From: Lingula anatina | Lineage: Eukaryota; Animalia; Brachiopoda | Assembly (NCBI GenBank): GCA_051362555.1 | Contig: CM120644.1 | Span: forward strand, 4,844,954 to 4,908,953 | Direction of reading: 5' to 3' | Length of the DNA: 64,000 nt | In this document: positions 62,929-64,000 of the stretch, in pieces | Layout: each line of letters starts with the position of its first letter | Position numbering within the stretch: position 1 is the first letter of the stretch | Notes under the pieces: model-generated | The model's database searches: none | What the model was told of the DNA's origin: nothing | The model's input: only the letters and a program-made list of their open reading frames with translations | Program-made: the position numbers and the translations under genes

Positions 62929-64000
62929 GTATAGTTTTATGTCCATTTTTCAATGCCCCTCATATGGTGGATAAAGAATGTACACTGCTGTTTATGCAAA
63001 CATGAATTGCTATATATTTCGCCAATATTTATTTATTGCAGATAAATCCATTAAAAGCATGTAAATATTTCAGCACCATGATAAAGTTTCAGATACTGCA
63101 TGGATTATATATGAAGTGCATATTTGTGAAATTTCCAAATTATTTTATGCATACCGAGGTGTTTTGTTGGCGACATTTACAGGTTTTACAGTTCATATTT
63201 ATATATTCCTCTGTCTTTGGACCGCTCCCCTTCTTTAACACCCCTCCCCCCTCATATCACCCCAACAACAATAACAACAACAACAACAACACAATTTTGC
63301 TGTAGTGTACAGTGATTATACACTGTGTATAGAGTGAAGAGACCCATTATAGATGTATGATAGCTTAGAATCGGCTCATTCACGTCCTGATAAGACATCT
63401 TCAATGTTTACCTGGGTCTAGTGTATCACAGCAATATTTGACATGTATATACTAGTACACACACTGATAGCAGCATCAAAGGGTTTTTTTTCATCTGGAA
63501 ATAGGTCACCCAGGGCATTGACCTAGATTTCTGCCTTAGACAGAAGGCTGGCTGAAGTTAACATGTGTGCTGTAAATTTATTGGATTTTCATATAATGGT
63601 GTTTACTGTGTTAACATTTCTGAAAATGTGAAATAATAATAATAATGAAGATGAGGATGATTGATGCAGAGCTTTAGCAAAATACCAGTATGTAGTTACA
63701 GACCTGCAAAACAAAAATAGATTAAGGAAAAAATGTTAAGAAGAATAAAAGGATGAAAAGAAATGTGAAAGGTATCAGTTTTAATCAAGGCAAACAGCTG
63801 TACATATTGAACCCCAGCTAAGGTTAATGTTGTGACATTTCTTCAATGGTGTACTCAGTACTACATATATTGTAAAACGTATCTCATATTATTATGGCTA
63901 AAACATTAATTGCTTTGATTTACTTCCTAACATGAAATTTGGATAACACTTTATAGGTAATCAAAAGCAAAAATCAATACGTAATACATGCTTTGAAGGG

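Overview
AT-rich, repeat-dense animal genomic DNA, probably from an invertebrate (a marine deuterostome or lophotrochozoan is a guess, not established). Most of the short ORFs in the track are artefacts of microsatellites and tandem repeats. A CpG-retaining island (~4.0-8.7 kb) appears to separate two divergent transcription units. One is a minus-strand transcript with exons near 3986-4090 and 41-183. The other is a large plus-strand gene with at least three candidate alternative first coding exons (8457, 48603, 62803), all ending in phase 0; two carry calcineurin-docking-like motifs. The introns hold hAT-like, Harbinger-like and Kolobok-like MITEs, Helentron-type non-autonomous elements with internal duplications, and minisatellites. 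The main feature is a very young Ty3/Gypsy LTR retrotransposon (53572-60119) with 1069-bp apparently identical LTRs, an ATAG target-site duplication (TSD) and a tRNA-Leu primer binding site (PBS). Its pol is intact, but gag lacks the whole capsid region and is frameshifted. It keeps a GUUAAAC -1 frameshift site with a probable pseudoknot, and its LTR carries an array of duplicated hairpins with compensatory base changes.
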